Position numbers and translations under genes: made by a program | Assembly: GCF_000150275.1 (NCBI RefSeq) | Contig: NW_002060948.1 | Span: 5,564,336 to 5,628,335, forward strand | Length of the DNA stretch: 64,000 bases | Source of the DNA: Trichoplax adhaerens | Lineage: Eukaryota; Animalia; Placozoa | Direction of reading: 5' to 3' | Notes under the pieces: model-generated | The model's input: the letters and a program-made list of their open reading frames with translations, nothing else | What the model was told of the DNA's origin: nothing | Databases searched by the model: none | Shown here: piece after piece, positions 14,401 through 35,278 of the stretch | How the letters are laid out: the number at the start of each line of letters is the position of its first letter | How positions within the stretch are numbered: position 1 is the stretch's first letter

Positions 14401-14963
14401 CATTCCAAGTAAGCCTGCTCGTACGTACTGTACCAGTGCCGAAGTAACTTAAATTATCATGCATAAATGGATGTCGTACGGATTAATTTGACTATGGTAC
14501 GGTAAATCTTGCGCACAATAATCAAGTAGATATCATAAATGTGTATTATTCGTTGGAAGTGCTATTAGGTAGAGTAAGGAACTTGTTTCATTCTTAAGTA
14601 GTCCCTGGTAGTGTTTGTACAATTATACAGACATACAGTAGTCGTTACGAGCACACACAACGGTCTGCTGAGCGAAGAATTTCATTGTAAGTACGAGGAA
14701 TAATCATATCGAAATTAGTACACTCTAATTTAGAACATGATGCTCCTTTATTGGTTATGTTGATTATCTTGCACCGAATAAAACCGTAAGTATCATCGCA
14801 TTTACGGTTGTTAGGTATAGGTTAACTAACAACCATGTGCATGAAAGCAGCATCAGGGTATACATATATATATATATAAAAAAACTCTATGAAATCACGT
14901 ATAGTATTCATTTTTATATGACGCCATACTGCATGTCTGTAAGTAGCCGCACAAGGTCACCAT

Positions 14964-17900
14964 TTAATCTCTCTTATCTTTATCGTTAGGTCGGTAGTGT
15001 AAAAAGACAAATGAGAATATAAAGACACCAAACATCATTGAAAAGGCGCTGGCATAATACGGATAAGCGGATAGGATGAATCGTTCATACTGCGTGTGCT
15101 CCAATGGACGGACAGATACCTACGTATATTTACGAAATGTTAATGCTCACAAATGTTTCTCAGGAAATAGTCATTTAATTGCTACGTACCTGAGTGGCAC
15201 TAAACATATGAGTATATCCAAGTCTCAAGTAATCAATTTTAAATTGGTAAACGCCATAAACGTCTGGAACTTTAAAGTGAGCTTTGAATGTTATCGCTAT
15301 GAAAATGAACAACAATCATCACTTAGCCCATATAAGTGTACACTTTGCAAATCACTAGCGGTAAACATACTATATTCTATTTCAGTATTATACGTGAAAG
15401 GTGTACAGTAATTTTCAACGACTACACCAGTATAACATCATTGCTGCGGTATTACGCATCATATCAGCTTACGATTTGAAGAACGGTTCATCGTCACCCG
15501 AACAAATGGATCAATACGAACAAATTCAAGTTGGATATCCGAGCGGATAGGGGGCACCCATTTACCGTTAACGAGTTCTTCGATATCGACAGTAAATTCC
15601 TATTTATCGAGAAAGTAAAGAAATACTTTATTTCAATTATCAACGAATTTAATACACTGTATATTTATGACTAAACATAAAATTTATGGCTAAATAATAG
15701 TGTTGCTAACCAATTCATCTCCGACAGTATAAAACTGTGCTTCCTTCGTTTCCCCTACTTTGTGATGACGTATATTTCCGTAACGTAGAACACCGTTCTT
15801 TTTAAAGGTCCAGCCGGCTAAAGAAATAGCTAAACGTTCATTGCCGCTATTCTCATACCTATGATGAAGGTAGTTTGTTAGGATCATCATTGCTATAGAT
15901 TTAATTTGTTTAGTTAACAGTGCGAATCAATCCGCATCACTCCAAAAAGAGACTTCAAGTTTATAAATAATACCAATACTTACGTTCTTTCTTTTGGATA
16001 GGCTACCTGAACATTTGAATGCAAGAATCTATGAAAGTATAATGTTGTATTAGTTAGAAAATTTTGAATTAGAATGATACATAAATATGTATTTGTCGTC
16101 GTACTCATCGCTAAAGAAATCCAGTGAACCGCAGAAAACAACACGTGCGTTATTTCTGGCTTGCATAGATGCGATAAGGACAGTATTTTTTCCAATGGCT
16201 TGCGGGGCCTTGGGATGACAACATGCATGTTAGTTATGTTACATGAGGGTACTTTTTATTAATAAAATATCAGATTACGCGTGCATACACCTTAGGTGTT
16301 ACTTACATTCTTAACTCTTTCATCAGGAAAATAAGAAAAGCTAGATGGACTTCCAGTCAAAATTTCCATTACAAGTGGATTGTCTGCATCAACAGTCAAT
16401 CTATTGCCATTATAGATAAGAAATTATTTATCCATACATTCGAATAATTTCATTAGCGATAAAACTATATCCCAATTATAGTTCTATTAGGTGTTGTACC
16501 AACTTACCCTATACCTCTGTAAAGTAAAGGATCATTAACGCCGACACCAACAACTACAGGTGCGTCGATTAAACTAGCTTTAGATTTCGCAACAACCATA
16601 GTATGATAGCCTTCATCTCTCTTGTCATAATTAATATGATCAATAACAGCTGTTTTCTCTTCGTCCATTTCTAAGCCACATTCTGCTGCCAAGTCACGAA
16701 TAGGCTCACCTTGGAATACAATCGCGATAATTTAACGTTAAGTTAATGACGCAAACTAGGATATCTATTCTATTAATAAATCACTATATATAGTCTACCG
16801 CAAAGTACAGTGCAATCGGTTACTGATTTACCACTGAAGTATCTATCAGTCTGAATAATACCACTCAAACTAGCTTAAAATCATTATACAAACGGAGGAC
16901 TTTAGCTCTTAAAATAGGGGAAGGAAATTGATCTAACCTATATCCGAGCTACCAGCTACCAGGACATTTCTTCCACTGTCAATGAATTCGGTAATGGCAG
17001 CAACGTTGATATTACCGCCGAATTCTTTTAGAACCAATGCGATGAAAAAAATAAGAATTTATCGCCAATAATCAATTAGCGTTTGCTATATTACTTGACA
17101 TTTACTTGTAGACTGTCACCCTAAGGTATTAGCGTAAAAGGTTGTAATGGTATAGTGTGATCACTTTTCTTACCTTCAACACTAGGAGAGAGGATTACGA
17201 GATGTTCGTATAAGAATTCACCGTATTTAGAGAGTGCTAAACTAGGATCATCAGCTGTTTTGAAATCTAATGACAATCCAATTCCTGAAAGAAAAATATT
17301 TCAGTTATCTAAGGCAATGCTAGAGTCTGTATATGTATCAGTTATTGCAGCAATAAAATCCAGTTGCGTTATTACCTAGCCGATCATTAATTATAATATG
17401 CAATTAATAACAGGCCATTAATATTCTGTTAAGATACATACGAGATCAAGCTAGTTTTTGTTCGTAAATTCTGGTTAGCTAACTGTTCCGATTGCCGATT
17501 TGAACTGGGTATATAGTACTGTACAACCAGCTGTAGTATTGCGTAGGGTACAAGTTCATACACTGCACCACGAAAGTACCATAACTATACTGTAATAATG
17601 TTAGTACAGGAGAGCTCATTGCGATCTACTTTAGGAAAAGTGGAGCAACACTGGTTAATTCTTTGCGTGAACTTGTACCATAAATTTGTATAAGAATTTG
17701 GCCCCATTGCAGTATTGTGCACAGTACAAGCTTATCCATCGCGGCAAGAGCAAACTGTAACTATGCGTATCGCGATATTATCTATATACATAATAGTACA
17801 TGGAGATTCGAAAATGAAGCAAACTGATTTTGATTCTATATAATTATCCAACATTGGCTTATTGTTGTGCTGTACTTGGTATACAGTACAGTCTAACCGA

Positions 17901-18730
17901 AGTCCGATGTATTAGGTTAAGACCATACTGTAACTATACATTACTTCGATATCTACTTGACGACATCATGATCTCTAGGCACAATCTAATCACTTCCGTA
18001 TCCTATCCAATGCTAAGGTAACATTTAAAGCTGCATTTGAGCTACAACGGACGACATTACCGAGATCAGATGTACTACTATACACTATCATGATATATCA
18101 ATTCAATAGTACGCTAGAGAAGCGATGGCAAGTGCTGGTGGAATTCTGCATCATTATCGTCATTGGTGATTTAATCCATGAAGAAATGTGACTGATGATA
18201 AGGTATTTAATTGGAGTCAAGATAGCTAGACAATAAATCCCTTATCGATCCCATATTCAACTGATCCAATTATCCAAAGTAGCAATTTCAATTAAGATCG
18301 TTCAAACTTCAAGATGCTGAGAAGTACTTTGAATAGCAAGTTCCATTGTAGGCGAAAGTCCTACAATGCCCTTGTCATCAAGTGAGTTTTTTCTAGTCAA
18401 TTTTAAGCTAATTTGATGGAGTAAAAGTCAATCCATTTCTATCCATTTCACTTTGATTAAGATTTTGCCAGTTTTTTTCACTGGCCAACAAGTTTATCAT
18501 CACAGTACAAGAGCATCAATAAGAAAAAAATACATTGAGACGTAGAGTCAATTCATGCAGGATGCCATTTTACCTTGCAATATCTTCAAGAACGATGAGT
18601 GCGTTTCTTTGGTATTGAAGTTATCCAAGAGAACCAACGTTCTGTCTTGATTGTTACTTTGAGTATCACATACTACTAAGCTTCCCAACACCGAGAAAAT
18701 AATAATAATATCGGTTAATCGCAGCCCCAT
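14964..18730 (-). CDS. DDOST: Oligosaccharyltransferase 48-kDa subunit (OST48/Wbp1), multi-exon
   Basis: Exon 1 (18730..18574) encodes a signal peptide plus [13 protein letters not shown]. Later exons give [107 protein letters not shown], a TM helix and a KxKxx ER-retrieval end (KDKRD*; stop at 14966-14964). Confidence 0.97.
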
Positions 18731-18869
18731 GGTTTTAACGAACTGAAGCTTCGCAAATCAGAGCAACAGTGAATTTTTTTTCCTCAGATCTCTTGATGGA
18801 TCGCAAAGTCAGGAAGAATGTGCGTGATGATACAACGTCTAGCGTGAAAGGACGTCGTCACTCGCCTTG

Positions 18870-19800
18870 GTTGTACTGTTCTGTATGCTTTGGCTGTTTG
18901 CTCATGGCGTGTACTGTACACTGTACAATACTGTACAGCATGTTCAATTGCGCATGCATCGGTGCATGGCTACAGTACTGTACTGTACTGTGCTTTGGAC
19001 GTCCTTTGTTGGTTCGTCTGGCTGTACAGTACTGTCCACTGTAAACTGTACACTGTACACTGTGGTCATGATAGGACTAGCGACGAGTGTTACAACAGTG
19101 GTCACCACTGATCACTCAGTGATCACTAACCAGGCATTGCTACTATACTGTGCATGTTGCCATTGTAGCTGCTTCAGCAGGAAACGGTAGACGACCGACA
19201 AATGATATGCTCAATTTAGCAAAAAGAAAAGCATTGACGGATAAAATCGAATAGACAAGTCATCCAATTGGCTGTAACCCTAGGCGCAATAGCATAACAG
19301 TAGTCTTGAGTCAGAAGTCATATCATGACCACTGACATAGAGATTACTCATGGAGGAAACAGACGTGCATTACTACCCAGGATATGAAAGAAGCATAAAA
19401 GTTAAGATAGCGAGCGATTCCATTTTTTTGATGTTGAATTTTTCGCTTTACAATTTGATAGTCATAGTGCTGTGGCTGTCGTTGCCATTTGTACAGCCGT
19501 TGGTTGTCCACGTGTAATAAGCTTTTACTCTATAGTATTTAGTATGTCATTGATTGATTTACAGCAGTCTGTACGTCTGTATAGTTTTTGTCTATGCCAC
19601 TTGCTCCATGGAGTCTTCATAACTCTACAGTATTTGCGTACCGTACCTTACCGTACAGTACTGTACACTGTGCACTGTACACTACCGTACAGTAATGAAT
19701 AGTACCAGAGACTATTGGGTTAGGTACAGCGGTGTACCTGTACTGTAAGAACTTCCAAAGGCTTTCGGATCATCAATCCCCTACGTACTGTACTGCACCA
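18870..19800. repeat. ACAGT/ACTGT pentamer (TACTGTACAGTA palindrome) clusters in the DDOST-MRPL20 divergent intergenic region
   Basis: Dense TACTG/CAGTA runs at ~18873-19062 and ~19625-19795, between the two divergent ATGs (18730 -, 19848 +). Confidence 0.85.
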
Positions 19801-19847
19801 AGAGTGCATCTGTGGCGTGCTGTCGATTACGGTCATCGCATTGCAAA

Positions 19848-20955
19848 ATGGTTCGAGGTGGAAGTGTCGATAGGAGCATTCGAAGAGCAAAGATATTTGC
19901 TCTTACTAAGGTAAACCTGATTTCATTATCATTCTAGAGTAGATTCATCGTTAGTCTTATCTAAAGATAAATAAAATGATCTGTTAAGGGTTTCCGAGGT
20001 CGATCCAAAAATTGTTATTCTTTAGCAATTCGTGCTGCTCATAAAGCACTTCAACATGCCTATCGTGGAAGAAAGCTGAAGAAAAGAGATTTTCGATCGG
20101 TAAAACAATTAAAATAAAATCTATCATTTCATGTGTGATTATCGTCGACAGCGATATTTGGTATGTTAAGAATAAACTCATTCATGGAACATCAATGATT
20201 TATAGTTATGGATTACCAGGATTAGCAATGCAGCACAAGAACAGAAAATGCCTTATTCCATGTTTATGCATAACATGGTTCGAGTAAGTGGATGCTGTAC
20301 TGTATTAAGACCATCATTGATGCGTTCGTCAAAGCAATTAATGCGAACAAGTTCTTCCTCCGCGCATGTATAGTGTACAGTATAGCCACAGACTACTATA
20401 AAACAGCTTTTATCGAGCGGTCCGTAGTAGAACCTAAACAATCATATACTGTACAGTACTGTACTCTACGTATTTCATTTCTGGTTGACGAGTATAACTG
20501 CGTAGTAGTCTAAACTCTCCTACGTACTGTAGATTTGCAATCTTTTTACAGTACAGTATATTACGTCAATTGAAACTGTTAAGCTCAATAGAACAGGTGT
20601 TAACCAATATTTCTATCGTCATCTAGGATAAATGGATTACTGTATACTGTACAATGATTGTACTCAGATTAGATCAATCGTCTTCATCTCCCTAAATCAA
20701 CGGAATGACTTCACTAAAACGATTTTTCTTGTTTTAACTTTCTCTAGCTCGAAGTACAATTAAATAGGAAAATTCTTTCAGAGCTTGCTATATATGAGCC
20801 TCGATCTTTTCAGGTATGGCTAAATTGAATCTATTGGAAATTAGAACTATACATCTATGAGGTTGACATTGCAGTCTTAAAATTGTTTATTTCAGGCATT
20901 AGCTGATTTAGCAAGGCGAAGACAAAGTAAGGGCCTTCTCAATGCTCTCAAGTAA
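19848..20955 (+). CDS. MRPL20: Mitochondrial ribosomal protein L20 (bL20m), 5 exons, 125 aa
   Basis: Exons 19848-19910, 19989-20099, 20206-20283, 20748-20813, 20896-20955, all GT-AG and phase 0. Translation: [125 protein letters not shown]. Confidence 0.96.
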
Positions 20956-21884
20956 TTGCGCCATTCTTTATTCGAACAATTATTCGGCATTTTGTTCCGA
21001 TCAATAATTTATTACTGTAGTCGCTAAAAGGACACCTATTATACCTCTGTTAGCATAAAATGAATGCCGAAACTGAAATATAAATACACATTTAATAAGA
21101 ATCTTCATATTAACATGATTGCTTTTTTTACCAGTTATGCAAACAATAATTACAGGATATCTTGTTCTTAGTATGTACAATGTGTCATGTATTGTCATAT
21201 TGCTACTATGTTATATACACAGTTTGATGTCCCTTAAATCTTGATTCCAATAATTAATTAATATAGCCATAGTTACAAATTGATAATAAAGTAATGAAAA
21301 CTTATGATACATTATATCCATTGAGTAAGTGTGAATATTACCGTTGGTATTAAGATAATCATGTTCCTATTTCAAGACTCATGCACTGCAATTCGTATAT
21401 TACGAATCCGCCCACTGAATTTGTTCCTTTCTTACGGCTTGAAGTACAGTGCTTAAAAAAAATTTAGTACGCCGATACATCGTCCATTACCATAGCTTTA
21501 AGGATCAATTCTAAGTAGTTTTGTCAATGGCGATTTGATCAGAGTAAAACTATCCGAGTTGTACTGTTTATATGTAGTATATTCTGCAGTAGGATAAAAC
21601 GAAATACGTAATAATTCCATCGGAATAATTTAGTAAATTTTAAATGTTTAAGGGAATTTTCCAGAGCATACCATATGGATCTTAAATGTGACCAAAGTTG
21701 GAGTACTTTGTATGCGTATATATATATAATATTTTATCAGTTATTCAGTTGTACAGTTTTGTACAAATTTACAAAGACTATCAGCAAATGGACTCATAGT
21801 TGAATATCTTTGATAACGCATGGATTGCATAAACTGTTTCACTCGATATTTTAAAAGTATATTCAAATACTATGCATTCTCCAT

Positions 21885-24138
21885 TCATTTGTTGATAATA
21901 GCACCATAAGGATGTACACTGTAGGTCATTTTAGGAAGATCTTTAAAAGTTCTACGTAGAAGCGTATACACCTAGAAGAAAGAATGTAAATAGCTATTCA
22001 ATACGGGTATACAATAGATTGCTGAGGTCAAGAACGTTAGTAAAATAACTTAAAACAGAAAGTAGCAGAAGCTTGAGGGATTTAAAGTAAAGTAACAAGA
22101 ATTTGAAAGTAATTAGTGAACACTACCTCTTCCGCCTGCCAAAAATCACAATATAGCCAAACGATAGTTTTCTTATCCTGTAAAAACAAGTAATAAATAT
22201 ATCATTCAGTTTATCAAAAAAGCAGCTCACGTTAATCTAATAATACGTACGTATAAGTACTATGTATTAAAGCATCCATGACTTACAAACTATACGCAGC
22301 TCGTATCGCATAACAGTTAGCAAATTACCTCTTCTTTAATAACAGCTTTACAATTAGGAAATGATCCTTCGGATAACAATTCGCACAGTCTCGGCCAAAA
22401 TTCTTTCGCAGTGTATTTTCCTGTGACAGTATCATAAAATTCGTATGATAGAAATAATAATTTTCATGATAATAACGAGCGCAGCAAGTTAAGTTTTTTA
22501 CATTATAGTGCATATCCATTTTAAATTATGCACTGTTTAATATCTTTTACCTGCTTTAGAACAGGAAATAATCCATTTACCACGAGTCCACTTCGAGACA
22601 TTGCCCAGTTTCTCTTTGGCAAGGCTATATTCTTGACTTAAATTACTACTAACGACAGATGATGTTGAAGTTGTAGCCATAGACACACACCACTGCTATT
22701 GATTGAAGTAAGATTAAGGAATAAACGTAGGTTATATTAAGGCAAATCCTTCAGATATTATTCATGAATGGCATAGCCATGTACTACAATCTTGAATCTC
22801 TTGATTTCAAATATGCTAGTAAGCGTGAGCAAACACTGGAGTGATATACAATAAATGTAGCCTAAACTTGCTTACAGGTTTCCATTCGGTATCTGTTTCC
22901 TTAGAACTTGAAATATCGCTGTCAATTTTCCGTGGTAATAATGATACGTTCTCGTGTTGCTCATTTTTACGTTTCACAGCTATTGTGTCCTGGCGGTCTA
23001 ATTTTTAAAGGAATTAATCATACTTACTGTCGCTCCAAATGAAAATACGTGTGTAACTTTCATGTTTTGTTGTCACAAAATGATACTACAGTAAGTACAA
23101 TGAATGGTAATTTCTATGAATAATAACAATACGGATCCATGCACTGTATGAGACACAAATAGAAGATATTGTTGATTAAGCTACTTACAATTGGAAATCT
23201 CAACAGTAGGTGGTAACAAACGAGGCACAAATGCCTTAAATGTATGGCAGTCTACAAAGTAGCAAAATTGAGCAGGAATATTATAGATGACTGTTATTTA
23301 TCATCATTTCATCACTGGTAGAAAGTTGCATTACATGTTAGACATAAACAATGTGCTGGTTATACTTGTGACTACTAGTAGGTGATGAGTGTCATGTAAT
23401 GACTGTATAAATATACATGGACTACTAGAAGATGTCCAGTAGCCCATGAAATACATAACCAAGACCTTAGTGACTTACATACTCAATTTGGTAGTATGTG
23501 TATGTAATATTTTGACGAGTATTGGCATTGCAATATGCAATGTGTATATGCATGTATAGTATAGTAAATTTCTTTACATTCTTGCAAGCTTTCTGCAAAT
23601 CAACAATCGATCTAACTTTAGCGTACTGCTACTTTACTCAGATTTTAAATTTGATCTTATGTTTACAAATTTGGGTACATTTCGGCCGATTGCCAGAATG
23701 TACCTTCTAATGAAGTGCTCTTACAAAATGATATTAGGTTAAAAGCATATATGCTTGATACCACAGTGGCGTTGCTACTTTAATGAGACAGAAAAGTTGC
23801 TTGCTGTAGTGGAATATAACATGTACTTTACTCGTACATCGTACACGCGTATATACTGTATTCTGCAGTAGAAGTCCAAGGTATAACAAGACAAGTATGT
23901 ATTACGTTCATTAGCATTTAACGAGGACAGTACAATTATATATGTATATATTATATTATTTATTATTATTATTACCATTCCAGAGAGTAAATTTTCGTTT
24001 CTGTTGTCTGTCTGGATTACGTTGTTTATAATAAATCAATCTTTGAAGCTGCAGCACATTGAATACTCCACTGCTACCTTTTTCTTGACCTGTTGGCCAG
24101 TGCATAGCAACTTCTAAGTAGTCTGCAGCATTTTCCAT
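21885..24138 (-). CDS. Putative 7-exon gene (~234 aa) with a C-terminal eIF4E-like / Bles03 (DUF1917)-like domain
   Basis: Exons 24138-23976, 23251-23189, 22979-22876, 22695-22551, 22420-22329, 22177-22127, 21971-21885. All introns are GT-AG with pyrimidine-rich acceptors, phases are compatible (1,1,0,1,0,0) and there is no internal stop. C-terminal half: RGKWIISCSKAGKYTAKEFWPRLCELLSEGSFPNCKAVIKEEDKKTIVWLYCDFWQAEEVYTLLRRTFKDLPKMTYSVHPY. The start codon and family call are inference. Confidence 0.75.
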
Positions 24139-24354
24139 CGCGTTGATAGAGCCATGACAATATACGGGTACCAAGAATGCCAAAATGCAGCTACAAAGAA
24201 TGAGAATTGAAGGTTGGGTTAATCAAGGTAATTAGACTCACACTGTACGTAATTTACAGTCAAGTGTTCATTCTTGTATACCGTAGTACCAAAACATATA
24301 GTGTCCGTTTTTAGTTTGTCTATGGTCAAATCATAGAGGTAATGATTGGTTGAT

Positions 24355-26525
24355 TACAATACAGTACTGTACAGTACAGTACTACAGTACAATCACATGG
24401 TGCTGTACTCAGTGTACTGTGGGCCCGCTGGAATTGTCACCTTATCGAGACATGTCAACAATATCGTTTATTCTGAAGTTTTCGATCACTGATATATTAT
24501 TTTTTCATTTTTATCAATTAATTGTAAACAGAAGAAATGTAATGTACTGTACATGCATCAGATTTTTCGAAAAATACAAGCATGGCTATGAAGTTATCTA
24601 CAAATTAATTTAATTTATACCGTACACGCGTATAATAATTATTATACAATGCACCCTAAAATCGATTGCAGAGACTTGCAAGAGAATTTTTCCTAGAAAC
24701 TTCTACTTAATCCAGTAAAACCCCACGATATCTCTGGGTAGAAACAAGTTGATTAAGCCATGCGCTGAATGTTGAAAAGCAATCGGAATCCACCTATGCT
24801 ATAGACGAAGTTGATTTATGCTAATTATTTCAAAATTGGACAACCTACAGTACGCTAGAGACTCTCTAATAGGGTCTCTTAACTGCACACGATCCAGAGT
24901 ACAGTACAGTACTGTACAGTACCACTATGAGTCGTTGATAGACCTGGTCACTCTAAAAACTAAGATACAGTACTGTACAGTACACTGAGTACAGTACACT
25001 AGTTAATAACAGTTTACAGTACAGTATATGGTACAGTACAGTACTGTACGGTACAGTGTAGTGTACTGTACAGTACTGTACTGTGTAATTATTCCAGTAC
25101 AGTACAATACAGTATACAGTAATTACAATTATCGCGCTCACGTGCAATTCTGTAACGAGAAGCCCCACCCGTTTAGTGCAAAATCCAAATCGATACAGTA
25201 CTTTCCTACAGTACTGTACACTGTGCAGTACAGTATGTACTGTAGTTTTCAGTTCAGTCACGTTGAAAGTACTGTACAGTGTACAGTACAGTACTCTGTC
25301 TATGGGTACCAATACTAAACAAATACGTTATTTATTTAGTAGCAGCTAATTTGGGTGTCAATCATGTACTGAACAGTGTTCTATCTGCACGATACAGTTA
25401 AAACTAGTTGAAACGACCAGTAAAATAGTTGGCCTCTCCATTTTGAGCACAGTAAAAAAAGTCCATTTCCCGTCCCTCTCTTTCTTTTTACTGTCAAGGT
25501 AGTGGTTCTGCGTGCTGTACATACAGTACAATAAGTACTACTTGTACAGTACTGTACTGGACATTTGACTACAGTCAATAGTACTGTACTGTACGTACAG
25601 TACAGTAGTCCATGGTAGTGTACAGTACAGTACAGACTACGGTACTGTTCAGTATTTGCTAAATGGGTGATTTTGGGTTTTTCACATACATGTACAGTAG
25701 AATGCATTCTGACTAAGGCAACAGCACTGTGGAGACACTTCAGTTCTAGTACTGTACAGTACTGTACAGTGCAGTACAGTACGTACTGTACAGTACTGTA
25801 CTGTATTCACTAGGGTCATGACCTATAGGATTACAGTACAGTACGATTCACTCGTGTTTACTGTACTGTACAGTACAGTACCTCTACCGCACAGTAATGT
25901 ACTGTACACTGTACAGTACTGTATTGCTTAAAGCTGCTTAACTGCTTGATTTGAACTTGTAGTACTGTACACTAGTGTACAGTACATTTGTAAAAGTTTA
26001 GAACTAAGATACAGTTCAGTACAGTACAATGTACATTTATTTTCAATAAAAGCATTCACGGTAAGTGATTGTGTGAACACGTCAGGAACATTATTTGTTA
26101 TGTTATAATAATAATTATTATTATTATTATTACAGCATATTATAAGAAAGTTACGGCATCGGCCATAGGGGAAAAAATGAACTAGAAGTAGGATTGCTGG
26201 ACCTCATTTTTGTCTCGCTTTATTACAGCTATAATACGAAAAGTTGTTTCTCATTTTTATCACGACGCCACGCTGATCACTTTTAGTATAGTACAGTATT
26301 GTATTAATGGTTTCCTACAGTACAGTACTTCAGCACTACAGTACAGCGTACTGTACGTACTGTACTGTACTGTACTGTACTGTAGCTGTTAACAGACGCT
26401 GGGTCCATCATTACAGTGAATAAGTCATCATGTACAGTACTCCCACGTCCATACTGTACACTACACTGTACAGTATGGACGTCAAGTGTACTGTACACTG
26501 TACTGTACAGTATGGACGTCAGTGG
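24355..26525. repeat. Large degenerate (ACAGT)n / TACTGTACAGTA array between the divergent hidden gene and FoxJ2/3
   Basis: Dozens of CAGTA/TACTG units in both orientations, e.g. 24897-24921, 24966-25110, 25194-25295, 25748-25805, 25858-25923, 26318-26384. These produce the spurious 'VQYSTV/YCTVL' ORFs in the track. Confidence 0.92.
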
Positions 26526-26759
26526 TGCGCATTTTTAGAGGCTGTCTTTGACGAGATTGACAACTTGCCAATCAATACTGTTCAATTTGCATAATTTCGC
26601 CCACCGTAGAATTTGTACTGTACGCCGCGCCGCGTTCAGTACCAGTATGAGGCAACAAAGTGAATCGACCTGGTCGAGCGAGAGTGGTCGAATCACCCCT
26701 CTCAAGTGTGTGACAGTACAGTACAGTAGAAGCGACGTGAAGTCGACTAGTGTATTATT

Positions 26760-35278
<8,519 letters not shown>

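Noticed and set aside
13700-14800. Several plus-strand GTAAG donors and acceptors downstream of DDOST
   Set aside because: Joined frames hit stops. It could be a non-coding transcript, but sequence alone does not support that.
24350-26500. ORFs rich in VQYSTV/YCTVLY (also at 18769-19190 and 19472-19702)
   Set aside because: These are translations of the ACAGT/TACTG pentamer arrays on both strands, not proteins.
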